DNA of 63,599 bases, counting the filler, from Folioceros fuciformis (lineage: Eukaryota): the NCBI GenBank assembly GCA_049999805.1. It is 7 parts of 7 records of this genome, joined end to end, with 100 filler letters (N's around TTAATTAATTAA, not from the genome) between each part and the next. Parts side by side here need not be neighbours in the genome. Positions count along the whole stretch, not along the records: positions 29,415 to 40,054 come from JBNGIO010006110.1; positions 40,155 to 48,227 come from JBNGIO010006111.1; 5 more parts are not named here. One strand, written 5' to 3'. The position numbers were made by a program, and so were the translations under genes. Of this stretch, positions 36,879 through 48,327 are shown piece after piece (within the stretch, counting starts at the first letter, position 1; each line of letters starts with the position of its first letter). Below the pieces are notes generated by a model. That model ran no database searches. It worked only from the letters and a program-made list of their open reading frames with translations, and was not told the origin of the DNA.

Positions 36879-39119
36879 TCAACAATAGGAAAGCTTAGAG
36901 TGTCCGATCAGTGTGGAGGACAGCTTGGACTTGTTGACAGCGCAGCTCCTGAGATGATCGTCGGAAAGGTACGTGTATGAACTGAAGCTACGCTCTAAGC
37001 TACTCAGAATCTCACGCTCACTGCTCACATAGCCCTCCCGCCATCTCTCTTCCACTCGGCCCTTAAAGATTTCAAACATGGAATGGGGCTCATGCTGCAT
37101 CAGGCGCAGAACATCAGCAATAGTCTGCCCTTGGACACAATCCTGAATATCATAGTTGGCAGTACCCTTCTCTTGAACCACATGCACCACATTGGTACTG
37201 CCAAACAGATTGTGCATACCTCCAAGTATCTCTTGATACGCTCCTCCTAGGAACAAGCCCAAATAGTAGGGCTTTCCAGGCTGCAAAGGGTGCAGTTCTA
37301 AATAGTGCTTCTGCTCTCCATACACATCCTTCCCAATAAAGTTTGAGATCTTCCCATCACTGTCACAGGTCAAGTCACAGAGAACGGCGCGTGCTGTGGG
37401 TTCCTCCTCGAGACGGTGAAGGGGCATAATTGGGAAGAGCTGGCCAATCGCCCAAGTATCTGGCATGGACTTGAAAACCGAGAGATTAACATGATAGGTG
37501 GCGTTGTAGGATGACGAGAATTTGTTAGCTGCTGGCATCACTTTCTTGGGTTCGCTCACGTTCTTCATACCGTCCACGACCCCCATATACTTGTGGTGCT
37601 CTGACTCACGGGCGGCAGCGGCAACCACCTCATAAATGCTGTCAACAGTAGCACGAACCTCCAAACTGAGTAGCCCAATCTTGAAGAGGCGGGCACATTC
37701 GGCCTTCATTTTAGAAGCACACTCAAGGGCTGCATTGTAGTCAGCAGACTTCATCAAATAAGCTTTCATCTCCTCATGCATGGCGACAACTTCCTTGGGA
37801 AGGCCGTCATACCTGAGGTCCAGGGAAATCCCATGATCCTTGGCAGCAAAACCTCCCTTCTGGTGAGCCGTAAGCACATCAAAGACCAAGACTGACTGGT
37901 GAGAAACAATGGCACGTCCACTCTCACAGCAAAGCGTAGGCTGCTTCACATTCTTGAGGATGCACGCATCCTTAATGGCCCCAATAACCTCCTCGGCGTA
38001 CTCCTCGACAGTGTACCCGATTGACATATCCGAAAGGGCGGAATGAGATCCATCGTAGTCAACTCCCAGGCCCCCACCGATATCGATGACATTCATGTGG
38101 GCTCCCATCAACGCAAGCTCGCAGAAAATGTGTGCGGCTTCACTCACTCCTTCTTGTACGATGCTCAGCGATGGAATCTGAGAGCCTATGTGGAAATGCA
38201 ACAGCTGCAAGCAGTCCAGCATTCCATGGCGACTGAGCTTAGCCACAATTCTCACCATTTCGGATGTGGATAGACCAAATTTACCGTCATCTCCCGAAGT
38301 GTCCCCCCAGTGGCCTCCGTGCTTGGTGCTGAGTTTCGCTCGGAGGCCGATGACCGGTTTCACATCCAAGTACTGGCTGGTTTTAATGACAACGTCAAGC
38401 TCCTCCTCCTGCTCTAGGACGATGATGGAGTTCAGCCTCATCTGCCTAGCTATGAGAGCCAAGCCGATATACTCAGAATCCTTGTAGCCGTTGCAGATGA
38501 GCAGCGCACTGGGGCTGCCCTTGCACATGCAGGACATAACGGTGAGTAGCTCCGGCTTCGAGCCGGCCTCCAGGCCGTAGTGAAACTCCTTCCCGCACGC
38601 CACAATGTCCTCCAAAATGCGCCGGTCCGGATTGCACTTGACGGGGAACACTCCACGGAACACGCCCTGATAATTCCGAGCTGCGATGCCCCGCACAAAC
38701 GCCTTCTGCAACGTCTCCAGCCGATGCTTCAAAATGTCGGGGAATCGGATGATGAGAGGCAGACTCATTCCCCCCCGGCCCTGGCCTGCCGCTGGGTTCT
38801 TATCCAGAATCCTATCCACAAGCTCCATGAGATCAATCTCTTCCCCCGGCAGTGTGTCCAGGCCGTGAGGGTGCACAGACATGTTCCCACTGTCATTGAC
38901 GTGGAAGTATGGCGCACCCCATCCCTCCAACTTGTAGGTGGTGCGGGACTTGGCAATAGTCCAGCCTGCAGGAGCCGGCCCCGGTCCCGGTCCCGGCCCA
39001 GGCGCTGCTGCTCCAGCATTGTAGTCGTAACCTTTGCTCGATTGAAGATCGATCCTGCAAGAAATATCCCGAGTCCCGTAGAAGGACTCGGTGCCAGACC
39101 TCAATGCTAGGGGGGGCAT
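36879..39119 (-). CDS. ADC: Arginine decarboxylase, intronless CDS, 746 aa
   Basis: WGAPYF, PLIIRFPDIL, PLP-lysine motif FPVKCN, GLEAGSKPELL, HFHIGSQI, DIGGGLG, DLTCDSDG, GAYQEILGGMHNLFG. Confidence 0.98.
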   Translation of the reverse strand: MPPLALRSGTESFYGTRDISCRIDLQSSKGYDYNAGAAAPGPGPGPGPAPAGWTIAKSRTTYKLEGWGAPYFHVNDSGNMSVHPHGLDTLPGEEIDLMELVDRILDKNPAAGQGRGGMSLPLIIRFPDILKHRLETLQKAFVRGIAARNYQGVFRGVFPVKCNPDRRILEDIVACGKEFHYGLEAGSKPELLTVMSCMCKGSPSALLICNGYKDSEYIGLALIARQMRLNSIIVLEQEEELDVVIKTSQYLDVKPVIGLRAKLSTKHGGHWGDTSGDDGKFGLSTSEMVRIVAKLSRHGMLDCLQLLHFHIGSQIPSLSIVQEGVSEAAHIFCELALMGAHMNVIDIGGGLGVDYDGSHSALSDMSIGYTVEEYAEEVIGAIKDACILKNVKQPTLCCESGRAIVSHQSVLVFDVLTAHQKGGFAAKDHGISLDLRYDGLPKEVVAMHEEMKAYLMKSADYNAALECASKMKAECARLFKIGLLSLEVRATVDSIYEVVAAAARESEHHKYMGVVDGMKNVSEPKKVMPAANKFSSSYNATYHVNLSVFKSMPDTWAIGQLFPIMPLHRLEEEPTARAVLCDLTCDSDGKISNFIGKDVYGEQKHYLELHPLQPGKPYYLGLFLGGAYQEILGGMHNLFGSTNVVHVVQEKGTANYDIQDCVQGQTIADVLRLMQHEPHSMFEIFKGRVEERWREGYVSSEREILSSLERSFSSYTYLSDDHLRSCAVNKSKLSSTLIGHSKLSYC

Positions 39120-39173
39120 GCTTTCAGGTTACCGCTCAAGTACAGAATCCTGCGCAGGACGCTCCTGGCCAGA

Positions 39174-39195
39174 AGCCGAGGCCGGAGCCTCGGCT
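39174..39195 (-). promoter_or_regulatory. GC-rich hairpin in the ADC 5'UTR (ADC-box-like translational element)
   Basis: AGCCGAGGC-TCCG-GCCTCGGCT: perfect 9-bp stem with 4-nt loop, about 55 nt upstream of the ATG. Confidence 0.75.
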
Positions 39196-39217
39196 CAATC
39201 TCTGTTGAATCAATTTT

Positions 39218-39950
39218 CTACAGGTGAAAGAATCACGAACAGGTACGAACAAGGAAGAGGAAGCAGCGACGATCTAAGGCCTTGTCAGAAGCGCAAATTG
39301 TGAGGCACTCCGTCGCCTTTAAACTCCGCCCCTCCTCCGTCTTCCTCCAGTTTCTCGGGATCAGGCTCCCTCAGCACACCAACCATCCACCGCACTAGCC
39401 AGAATACCGCAAAACCACCGCTAAACCCCGCCGCGTCCAAGAAGACGGCAAGAAGGAGAGCAGTCCACCAACAACAAAAATCTTTCTTCTCCTCTCCTCT
39501 CCTCCCCCGGCTGCACCGAGAATCACTCCGCTACTTCCGTTGTTGGTCCAAACAATTCCGACCTCCTCCACCACACAGCCACACGCACGCACGCACACCC
39601 GGCCGACCCGGCCCGACCCGCGCGCAACCGAAAACCACAAAGAAGCGTCGCAGTGTCGCGGGCGGTTATCCCTCGCGCTCCGCCCCACTCCTCCTCATCA
39701 ATTGCACACGCTCCGAAGAATTTGTGTCCCGCACAATTCCTGATCCCAGATCCAGGACGAGTTCTGCCTTCCCTCCGGCACAGCAAGAACGGAAACTAAT
39801 TCCTCCTCTTTCTCACGCTCGACGGTGGACACAAACAAGACAAGGGGCTGTGGGAGAGGAGGGGCCACCGGCACCCTCACCTGTAACTAGTGCAGAGCAG
39901 AGCGGAAATAGAAAGGTGAATGGCCTCCACTGAAGAGCGCAGAATTTATA
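39218..39950 (-). promoter_or_regulatory. ADC promoter TATA box (39944-39950) and predicted 5'UTR intron (39218-39880)
   Basis: TATAAAT on the minus strand; donor CAG|GTGAGG at 39880; pyrimidine-rich acceptor CCTGTAG| at 39218. Confidence 0.6.
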
Positions 39951-40154
39951 GAAACCAGGAACGAGTCTAGCAAGAAAGAGGGGGGGCGAAAGAGCACAGC
40001 GGAGACGAGCCCAGGAGGCAGCAGGCCCGCGCAGTCAGAGGACAGAGCCGGTATNNNNNNNNNNNNNNNNNNNNNNNNNNNNNNNNNNNNNNNNNNNNTT
40101 AATTAATTAANNNNNNNNNNNNNNNNNNNNNNNNNNNNNNNNNNNNNNNNNNNN

Positions 40155-41080
40155 GCCGAGTTGCAAATTGAGATCGCAGGGTGTGTGATTAAAAAGGTAC
40201 CTCTGGACACAGGGTCTAGAGTGAACATCATGATTGAAGACATGGCCCGGAAGCTGGGGTTGGAGATTGAGCACACCGCCAAAGTTTTGCGATTGGCAGA
40301 CATGTCGAAAATGGCACCCGTTGGGAAGATCCTTGGAGTTTTGACTCACATCGGCACCATTCCATATCTTATGGATTATGTGGTGATTAAGCAGAAGGCC
40401 CTTGGATATAAAGTATTGATTGGAAGAACCTGGATGTATGGTGCCAGATGTACCTTTGGGTGGGGGCGAAAGGAGGTAGGTTTTAAGCCGCTGGATTGGG
40501 ACCCAAAGACCAAGGAAGGAAGGATCTGTTTGTCGTGGAGCAAGGACATGTACACTAGAGAGACCTCGTCTGAAATAGATGGATACACCTCAGCCAAAGA
40601 AACGGACGGACAAGCAGATGAGGACAAGAGGTTTCCTTTTGCACACATCTCTTGGTCGGAGGAGGAGAAGGATTATCAGCGCCACCTACCCCTGGTCAGC
40701 TGCTACAGAATCATGGCAGATGGTGAGAATGTGGAGTCAGAGTCGGAGGAAAGGAAGCCGACTACCGCGGTAGTTGAAGGGGAACGGGAGGTAGCCGTCT
40801 CAACTACTTCAGTAGCCCAAGGGGAACAGAAGGTAGCCCACTCGACTACCGAGGTAGTCGAGTCAGTAAAATCAGAAGAGGAGGAACCAAAGGAGAAGCC
40901 GCCTAAGTTGGATGAGACACGAGAGGCCGTCATGAAAATTACCTCCGAAGAGCTCTTCCGTGAGTGGGGGATGAGGGAAGCAGAACCCCAAAGACCTGAG
41001 GAGGGATTTGGCGTCACCTCTGCGCTAGTGGAACGAGAGTGGGTGCAGGCAGACGAGATCAAGGATGTGGAGGTCCTGCC
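40155..41080 (+). mobile_element. Ty3/Gypsy-type retrotransposon fragment (aspartic protease and linker), interrupted by a Copia insertion
   Basis: VPLDTGSRVNIM...LRLADM...YKVLIGRTWM retropepsin motifs; includes a 42-nt (14-aa) repeat TTxVxxGExxVAxS. Confidence 0.8.
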
Positions 41081-44000
41081 TGATGAGAATCAATAGCTCT
41101 TAGGCAGAAGAGATACAATGCAATTGAATTAAGAAAGTAAAGAGTACAAGCCTATACATAGGCTAGGTGGTTAGGTGGTTAGGTGGTTACAACCATAAGT
41201 TGTTGTAACCACTAGGTAGTTGCAACTAATATAACAACTAACTACCTAGAGCAACTAATTAAGTAACTACTTTATGCCCTAGATAATGTTTAAGTAAGGT
41301 GCCCTAATGAATAGTGCCCTAACCTAGATATATTTCATCACTCCCACTCACTATGAATGTAGGGGTGAGAGCTAGCTTCAAAAAGAGACCTAAAACATGC
41401 TTAAGCTCCCACTTAATGAGAAGTTATAAGCTTAAAAGAATTAAACCTGATAGCTGAAAGTAAATCTATACCAAAATTGTTTTGTATTTGTTAACCGTGC
41501 ACGCATAGGGGGCAAGTATGCAGAGTTTCATCAAAACTCCGCATTTAAGCACCCCAAGCTCAGATCAGTACTGAGTTGGGGGACTTGTGAGTGTGCCTTT
41601 TGAAAAATAAAGGCCTAAAAAGTAATAGGCCATGAATAAGTTGAAACCAGTATACTCTGGCATTAACCGCCTCCGTCCCCGTCCACCAATTGGCTGTCTT
41701 AAATGCCCCTATCCCTGTCCACCGATTGGTGGACAACCAGGGATAGGTGCGGCCGTTAGACCGGCTGGGCCCCCCTACATGGGGCACGCCCATCTTTATC
41801 GGGCACCATAAGCAGGCAGAGATAGCGCATCCCCGAGGTTCCTCCTCAAAGCGCACCCTTCGGGCATGGAGGCTCTGCCCTAAGCGCCTTGGCCGTGCGG
41901 GAGCGCCCCCTTCCTTACGGGGGAATCCACTACTCAAATGCTGCAAATACAAATGCTGCAAATACAAATGGCCGCGACTCAAATGCAGATGTTTCTCCAG
42001 AATATTCTCCAAATGCAAATGTTTCTTCTCTAGATTATTCTCCTCCAACCAGCCCTTTTTATAAAATTAGTGAGAATGCCGAGGATGCCGATGCAGCGCT
42101 TCTGAATGATGAGGATTGGGACAACATCGGTATCGAAATTCGGACCAATAGAGCTGGATTTGCTGGTGCATATAGAGTTGAAAATCATGACTCACATATA
42201 GGCCCTCCTATCCTTAAAAGTGAGTTGTAAAAGCCCTTTTATTTGGTCTTGATGAGTTTATAATGCTTTGAATATTCTAATGTTGTTTTTGCCCTTTGTA
42301 GTTGAAGATGGTGCCATGGATGTAACCCCTTGTCAAAAACCTTCACCTCCTTCATCAAAGAGCCATAGTGAAGATCATAATGTACCAGAGATGCCCAATT
42401 CTTGTAGGCTCCGTGCTTCACTGCCTAGTTCACCGAATCCACCAAATGATGACAACCTTGAGGTGGAGTTTGATGAAGAGGTGCTCACCGCCAATTCGAT
42501 AAAGACCTCTCGCCAAGCAGTATGCGAGGGGAGCCCAAGTTGACCATGAGATGGGGGCTCCTCCAAGTAGTAAGATGTAGCTAGATACAGATTTTCGGCT
42601 GTCTGGGTCTCCACCATAATCAGCGTCAGCATATGCTCTTAACTTTAATTTGGATATGCCGTGTGAATGCTTATACATCAGTCCTGTGTGCATAGTGCCT
42701 TTGAGATACCTGAATATGCGTTTGACGCATTGCCAATGTTCTTCTAGGATTCTCCAAAAAATGTGAGACTGCACTAACTTCAAAAGATATCTCTGGTCTA
42801 GTGAAGTTGCTTAAGTATATTAATGTACCAACATCATGTCTGTATGGTACTGGTGACATTTCTTCTTTTTCAGCATTTGTCTTAGGGCTCATATCAGAAA
42901 TGAGCCGTGTGCCACTAGGGAATGGTGTGGCAGCAGGTTTAGCATCTTCAAGTCCAAACTTGGCTAAACTTTCTTTTATATATTTTGCTTGAACTAGGCT
43001 GATGGATTTATTACTTCTATCCCTTATAACATTGACGCCAAGGGCATAGGTTAGCTCTCCCAAGTCCGTCATTTCATAGTGACTTCTTAACCAAGCTTTA
43101 ACTTCCGCTAGGTGGGAGAGTGAAGATGATGCTAAGAATAGGTCATCCACATAAAGTAAGAGGTAAAGTGTATGTTGTTTTGACTTTAAGATATACATAC
43201 TTGCATCAGCTTTGCTTTGAATAAAGCCATACTTCATTAGCTTGTCATGTATATCTTTGTTCCATTCCTTTCCAGATTGCTTTAGGCCATAGAGACCTTT
43301 GATTAGTCTAAATACCATATCTTCTTTGCCTTTGACCTCATAACCCTTAGATTGTTTCATGTATATTTCTTTTTGAATGCGTCCATGTAAATAAGCAGTT
43401 TTGACATCCATCATGTGAAGGTGTAAATCATGTTGAGCGGTCAAGGCAATTATCATTCTTAAGAAAGAAAATTTTGCTACTAGAGCATAAGTAGCCCAAG
43501 GTATGTGATCTAAACCCGGTATTTGGGTAAAACCTCTGGCTACTAGTCTTGCCTTATATCTCTCAATGGAACCATCACCCTTGCGTTTAATTTTGAATAT
43601 TCATTTACTCCCAACTATTTTTCTCCCTTTGGGTGGTTTGACTAATTCCCATGTAGAGTTCTTAACTAGGGAGTCATACTCAGAGTCCACTACGGCTTTC
43701 CATAAGTCTTTCTCAGGAGAGGAAAAAGCTTGATTCAAGGTTAGTGGCTCTTCAGGGTCAATAGTGGCTTTATAAACAGCTTGATAAAAATGGGAGAAAG
43801 GTGAGGAGGGATCATCAAAAGTAGTAAGGTATCCCAGAGGTGGTTCCTTCCATCCTACAGGTCCATAGATAGTAGGTCTAGATCTTAGGTTGTACCTTGG
43901 TGCAAGTTGTACATCTTTGTTGACAACTTGTTCTGAAGTGTTATCGTCTTCTTCAAAAGCTGGTTCATGTATAGGAGGAACCGGCTCATCTTCATCCAGA

Positions 44001-44660
44001 TACTCAGGCTTAGAAAGTTCATTGTCCGGGATATCAGGAAGATCTTCAAGGTGTTGAGGAATTTCCATATCTGGATCTGGAGTAGTTGGTCGTCTTGGAG
44101 AAGATGGCTCCTCCTCCTCCTGCAATATAGGTGCAACCGGAGGAGAGGAAGGGGTGGAATGTAGGGTAATAAATTCGTCATTATCAAAAGACGAAGGCAT
44201 ATGATGATCGTCAAGAACGAAAACAGGGGAATCCACTGAAGGAGATAATATAGGAGACTCATGAAAAGTAACGCTGAGGGCATATATGAGTCGCCTGGTA
44301 ACTAGATCAAATAATTTGTATCCTTTGATACCTTCGGTATAACCAATAAAGGTATACTTGGCAGCCTTGTCATCTAACTTTTTGCGCTATGATTTAGAAT
44401 ATAAACATATGTCGTACAGCCAAATACCCGAAGGTGATCGATGGAAGGTTTTCTGCTAGTGAATGCTTCATAAGGTGTCATACCTTTAACCATTGAGGTT
44501 GGAAGTCGATTAATGATGTAGGTTGCTGTTATCATTGCTTCTACCCAATATGGTTTAGATAACCTTGAAGGCATAGATTCTTATTTTTGGCTACACCATT
44601 TTGCTGGGGTGTATAGACCACCGTGAGTTGTTGAGCTATACCTTATGCTCGACAAAAATC
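41081..44660 (-). mobile_element. Ty1/Copia element 1 (degenerate INT-RT-partial RNaseH) with 3' LTR 41081-41340 and PPT 41341-41348
   Basis: MDVKTAYLHG, LYGLKQSG, LLYVDDL, YADADY, VYTPQQNGVA. LTR bounded by TGATGA...TCATCA; purine tract adjacent on the minus strand. Confidence 0.9.
41826..42543 (+). other. Putative spliced antisense accessory ORF inside Copia 1 (intron 42220-42301)
   Basis: 82-nt GTGAGT...TTCTAAT...TTTGTAG intron joins ORF 41889-42219 in frame to ORF 42302-42543 (ILK|IEDGAMD). Confidence 0.5.
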
Positions 44661-47600
44661 TGAAACAGTAAATAACTTAAATAGGTCCAGTCATTAGGTT
44701 AGTTAACTTAATTAAGACGAAACCCTAACACGACAGGTAATGTCGTTGTAACCGTTCACGGAGTCCTGAACACACACAAGGTGCGTTCGCGCACTCGCAA
44801 AAAATAAAATCGTCTCATGGTATCAGAGCCATGGATCGAGTAGCCTGCCCCGTTTGCAATCGCACCACCTGCAAGAATCCTATTTCCATCTCGGAATTCG
44901 GGTCTCTTGTTTTTTTTTGATTAATTTACGTTGGCCAACGGGTGCGCCTGCAGGGGTTTGGGAGATGCTGCACAAATGCTGCTCTCCCAAGGAGGACAGA
45001 TCGTAGCAAAGTTTTGATCTTCTCTTGGACAGAGCACGCCAGCAGAAGCTCTTCTCTTCTTTATGTAGAACCTGCAAGTGGAGCACAAGAATTAGCACAC
45101 AGATGAACTCTAGGAGCCCTTCTTGGAGGAATGTAGTGCAGGTTCCTTGTGCACCATGCCTGGATCACGGAGAAGAGAGCGCTTGCTCAGGCGTGCAATA
45201 AGAGAGGCAGCAAGAGCTGCCTACTATTGGAGGTCTGAGAGAGAGTATCAAGAACCGCTGTCGCATGGAAACAGATGGCAGCAAGTTTGGATTAGACTTT
45301 GCATAATCCTAGAGCTGATGGCGACAAACCTAGAACAAGGAGTTCCTGCAGGGGAGGACTACGACTGGACCCAAGTTGACATTTCAGATATCTACCTGTG
45401 AAGTGAAGATGTCTCCCCCTTCTGTCTCCAAGTTTGTCATCAACCTTCCTTCAACACCTGATCACGTTTTTCAGGTCATCCTATTTAAGCTAGACACCCT
45501 TTTTAAACAGCAACCATTGTCACCAACTCTCAACTACGTCTACACCTATGCATGTTATATAATTCATAAAATCCATTGAGTACTGTTTTGCTGAAATGAT
45601 CAATCTTGAAGTCACCCTAGAAGTAGAGGGCCCATTAGACAAAGATTCCTCCTGCAAGGTCTGGTTTCACCCAATTTAGTGTGTCCATCCAGTCCATCCC
45701 AGTGTCATGGCAGGTCAAGGTCAACAATCAAATGTGCCGACTGCCCTAGCCAAAGAGGACAGATTTGATGGCACTAACTTCAACCTATGGAAGTTTAGAA
45801 TGGAAGAGTTGTTGAAGTCAAGGAACCTGTGGGAGTTCGTCGGTGCAGCAATTCCAACACCTGAACCACCAACAACTGCTGCAGCCGCCGGCATTGCAGC
45901 ATGGAAGGCTTCGAATCAGCAAGCACGAAGCACTCTCACCATGAGCGTAAAGAGCTCACACATTGCCACTTTGATGGAGTCCATCACATCTGCAGCTGCA
46001 TTGTGGCAACAATTGTTAGAGGTGTACGATGCATCAGACCTCATGCTAAAGACCCACACACTAAAGTCCTTTGTGGGGTTAAGAATGGCTGAAACCGACA
46101 ATGTAGCAGAATTTGTGCTCACATGGAGGAGCTGGCAGACCAAATTCCTAGCACTAGGTTTCAAGCTTGAAGAAGAAGTGATGGCAGTCATTCTACTGTC
46201 TCACCTGCCTGAAAGTTGGACAAATGTTGTGCAGTCCCTGCAAAACGTAGCAGCAATCACGGTTAACCGCGTGATTTCCACAATGCTCACTGAGGAGAAC
46301 CGCCGCAAGATGGCGACATCCTCCATATCGGCAGGAGACAAAGCCCTGTTCACCAATAAGTTTGGAGGTGGCAGAGGTAGAGGCAGAGGCAGACCTGCCT
46401 TTAGAGGCAGGGGACGAGGTCGAGGCTTCCCATCCCGACCTTCCTCATTCAATGGCAGCAGACCCAAAGCACCATGTGGATTTTGTGGCATACCAAATCA
46501 CACATGGGAGGTCTGCAGGAAGAGGTTGGCAAATGAGTCAGGACGCAGCCATTCAGGTGGCAATCTGGCTGTCACTATGAAAAAATATTCTAAAGCGTTC
46601 ACAACATGTGTAAATGATGGGCCAGATCGAAGTACACATGCAGGAAGTGATTCAGCATTGGTGGTTACCTGTTTTGCAACCAAGGCACAACATGCGTGGT
46701 ACATAGATTCGGGGGCCTCGCAGCATATGACACCGCATCACTCTTACTTCACTAGCCTGCAGCCCATGGAAGGTGAGAGATTTGTCTGCTTAGGAGATGA
46801 CTCTACACATAAGATAGAAGGTCATGGAACAATTCAGCTTGATTTGGAACCAGATCAACATCTGGAGATACCAGATGTTTTATACGTACCAGGGCTTGCC
46901 AAAAACCTGGTATCGGTGAGGAAGATTGACGAATCTGGATGTTACATCTGCTTTGGTGGTAGGAGATGTGTAGTAGAAACACTAGATGGTAAACTGATGG
47001 CCACTGGAGGTCTGCGATCTGATGACCTCTACCATCTGGATGTGAAGAAGGATCATGTTACCGCTGCAACAAGCACAGCTCACATGGTCAGGCCATCGCT
47101 CACATACTTGTGGCACCTTAGGCTAGGACATTTGAACTTCCAAAAGCTAGTCAGAATGCATCAAAATAAGCTTGTAGATGGTCTGAAGTTGGATACATTG
47201 TCCGATTTCGGAGTATGCGATGCATGTGTCATTGGGAAGCATCACCGCAGTGCATTCCCAACTGAACCAGCTGAGAGAGCCACCAGAGTGCTCGGGCTGG
47301 TACACAGCGATGTGTGTGGGCCACTTCCCACTTCTCTTGGAGACAAAATTTATTTTATTACCTTCATTGATGATTTCTCAAGGTTCATTGTTGTCTACCA
47401 CATGCGGCTGAAGTCTTCCACCCTGGAATGCTTCAAGGAGTATAAGGCGTGGGCAGAAACACAAACTGAACAATCATTGCAAGCTCTCCGATCAGACAAT
47501 GGGGGAGAATATATATCCGGTGAGTTCCAAGCCTACTGCACACAGCATGGTATAGCTAGACAGCTAACCAATGCTAGAACTCCTCAGCAAAACGGAGTTG

Positions 47601-48227
47601 CAGAAAATAAAAACAAGGCCTTGGAAACTTCAGCATCTAGCATGCTGTCATATGCGAAACTTCCCAAACGTTATTGGGCTGAGGCAGTCGCGTATGCTAC
47701 TTACATTCAAAACCGGATAGAGCATTTAGCTGTACAAGGCAAAACACCATTTGAAGTGTGGACTAGAGTAAAACCTGACATTTCCCACATGAGAGTGTTT
47801 GGAGCTCCAGTGTATGTGCATGTACACAAGGACCTGAGAAAGAAGTTTGAGCCTAAGTCAACCTCATGCATATTCATTGGATTCACAAATGGCATAAAAG
47901 GGTACAAGGTAATAGACAGACGTACCAAAAGAGTAATGCACTCAAGAGAAGGGTTGAGTCACATGACTCAGTGGGAGTTGCTGTCCCTGACTCACCTCAA
48001 GGGTCAGACGAAGAGCAAGAAGAAGACTCTTATGTGCTAGCAGACCCAGTGCCTGCAGCACCAGCACCAATCCCACCAGTAGTAGTACCAGCTGTACAAC
48101 AAATACCTTCCACGCCAAGCATTCAAACACCAATCAGGCCATCGCAGAGTGAGGATGAGCCCATAATATTTGGCGATTTCGATATGGAAGGAGTGGTCTC
48201 ACCTGGGGACTTGTTTGCTACACCTTC
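44661..48227 (+). mobile_element. Ty1/Copia element 2 nested in Copia 1: 5' LTR 44661-44817, PBS 44818-44829, gag-PR-INT 45707-48040; rest in gap
   Basis: TGAAAC...GTCTCA LTR; TGGTATCAGAGC tRNA-iMet PBS; FDGTNFNLWK, CX2CX4HX4C, WYIDSGAS, WHLRLGH, LRSDNGGEY. Frameshift near 47945. Confidence 0.92.
45156..45401 (+). CDS. Small unknown ORF (81 aa) in the Copia 2 leader
   Basis: ACCATG start; MPGSRRRERLLRRAIREAARAAYYW...DWTQVDISDIYL*; lies between PBS and gag. Confidence 0.45.
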   Translation: MPGSRRRERLLRRAIREAARAAYYWRSEREYQEPLSHGNRWQQVWIRLCIILELMATNLEQGVPAGEDYDWTQVDISDIYL

Positions 48228-48327
48228 NNNNNNNNNNNNNNNNNNNNNNNNNNNNNNNNNNNNNNNNNNNNTTAATTAATTAANNNNNNNNNNNNNNNNN
48301 NNNNNNNNNNNNNNNNNNNNNNNNNNN

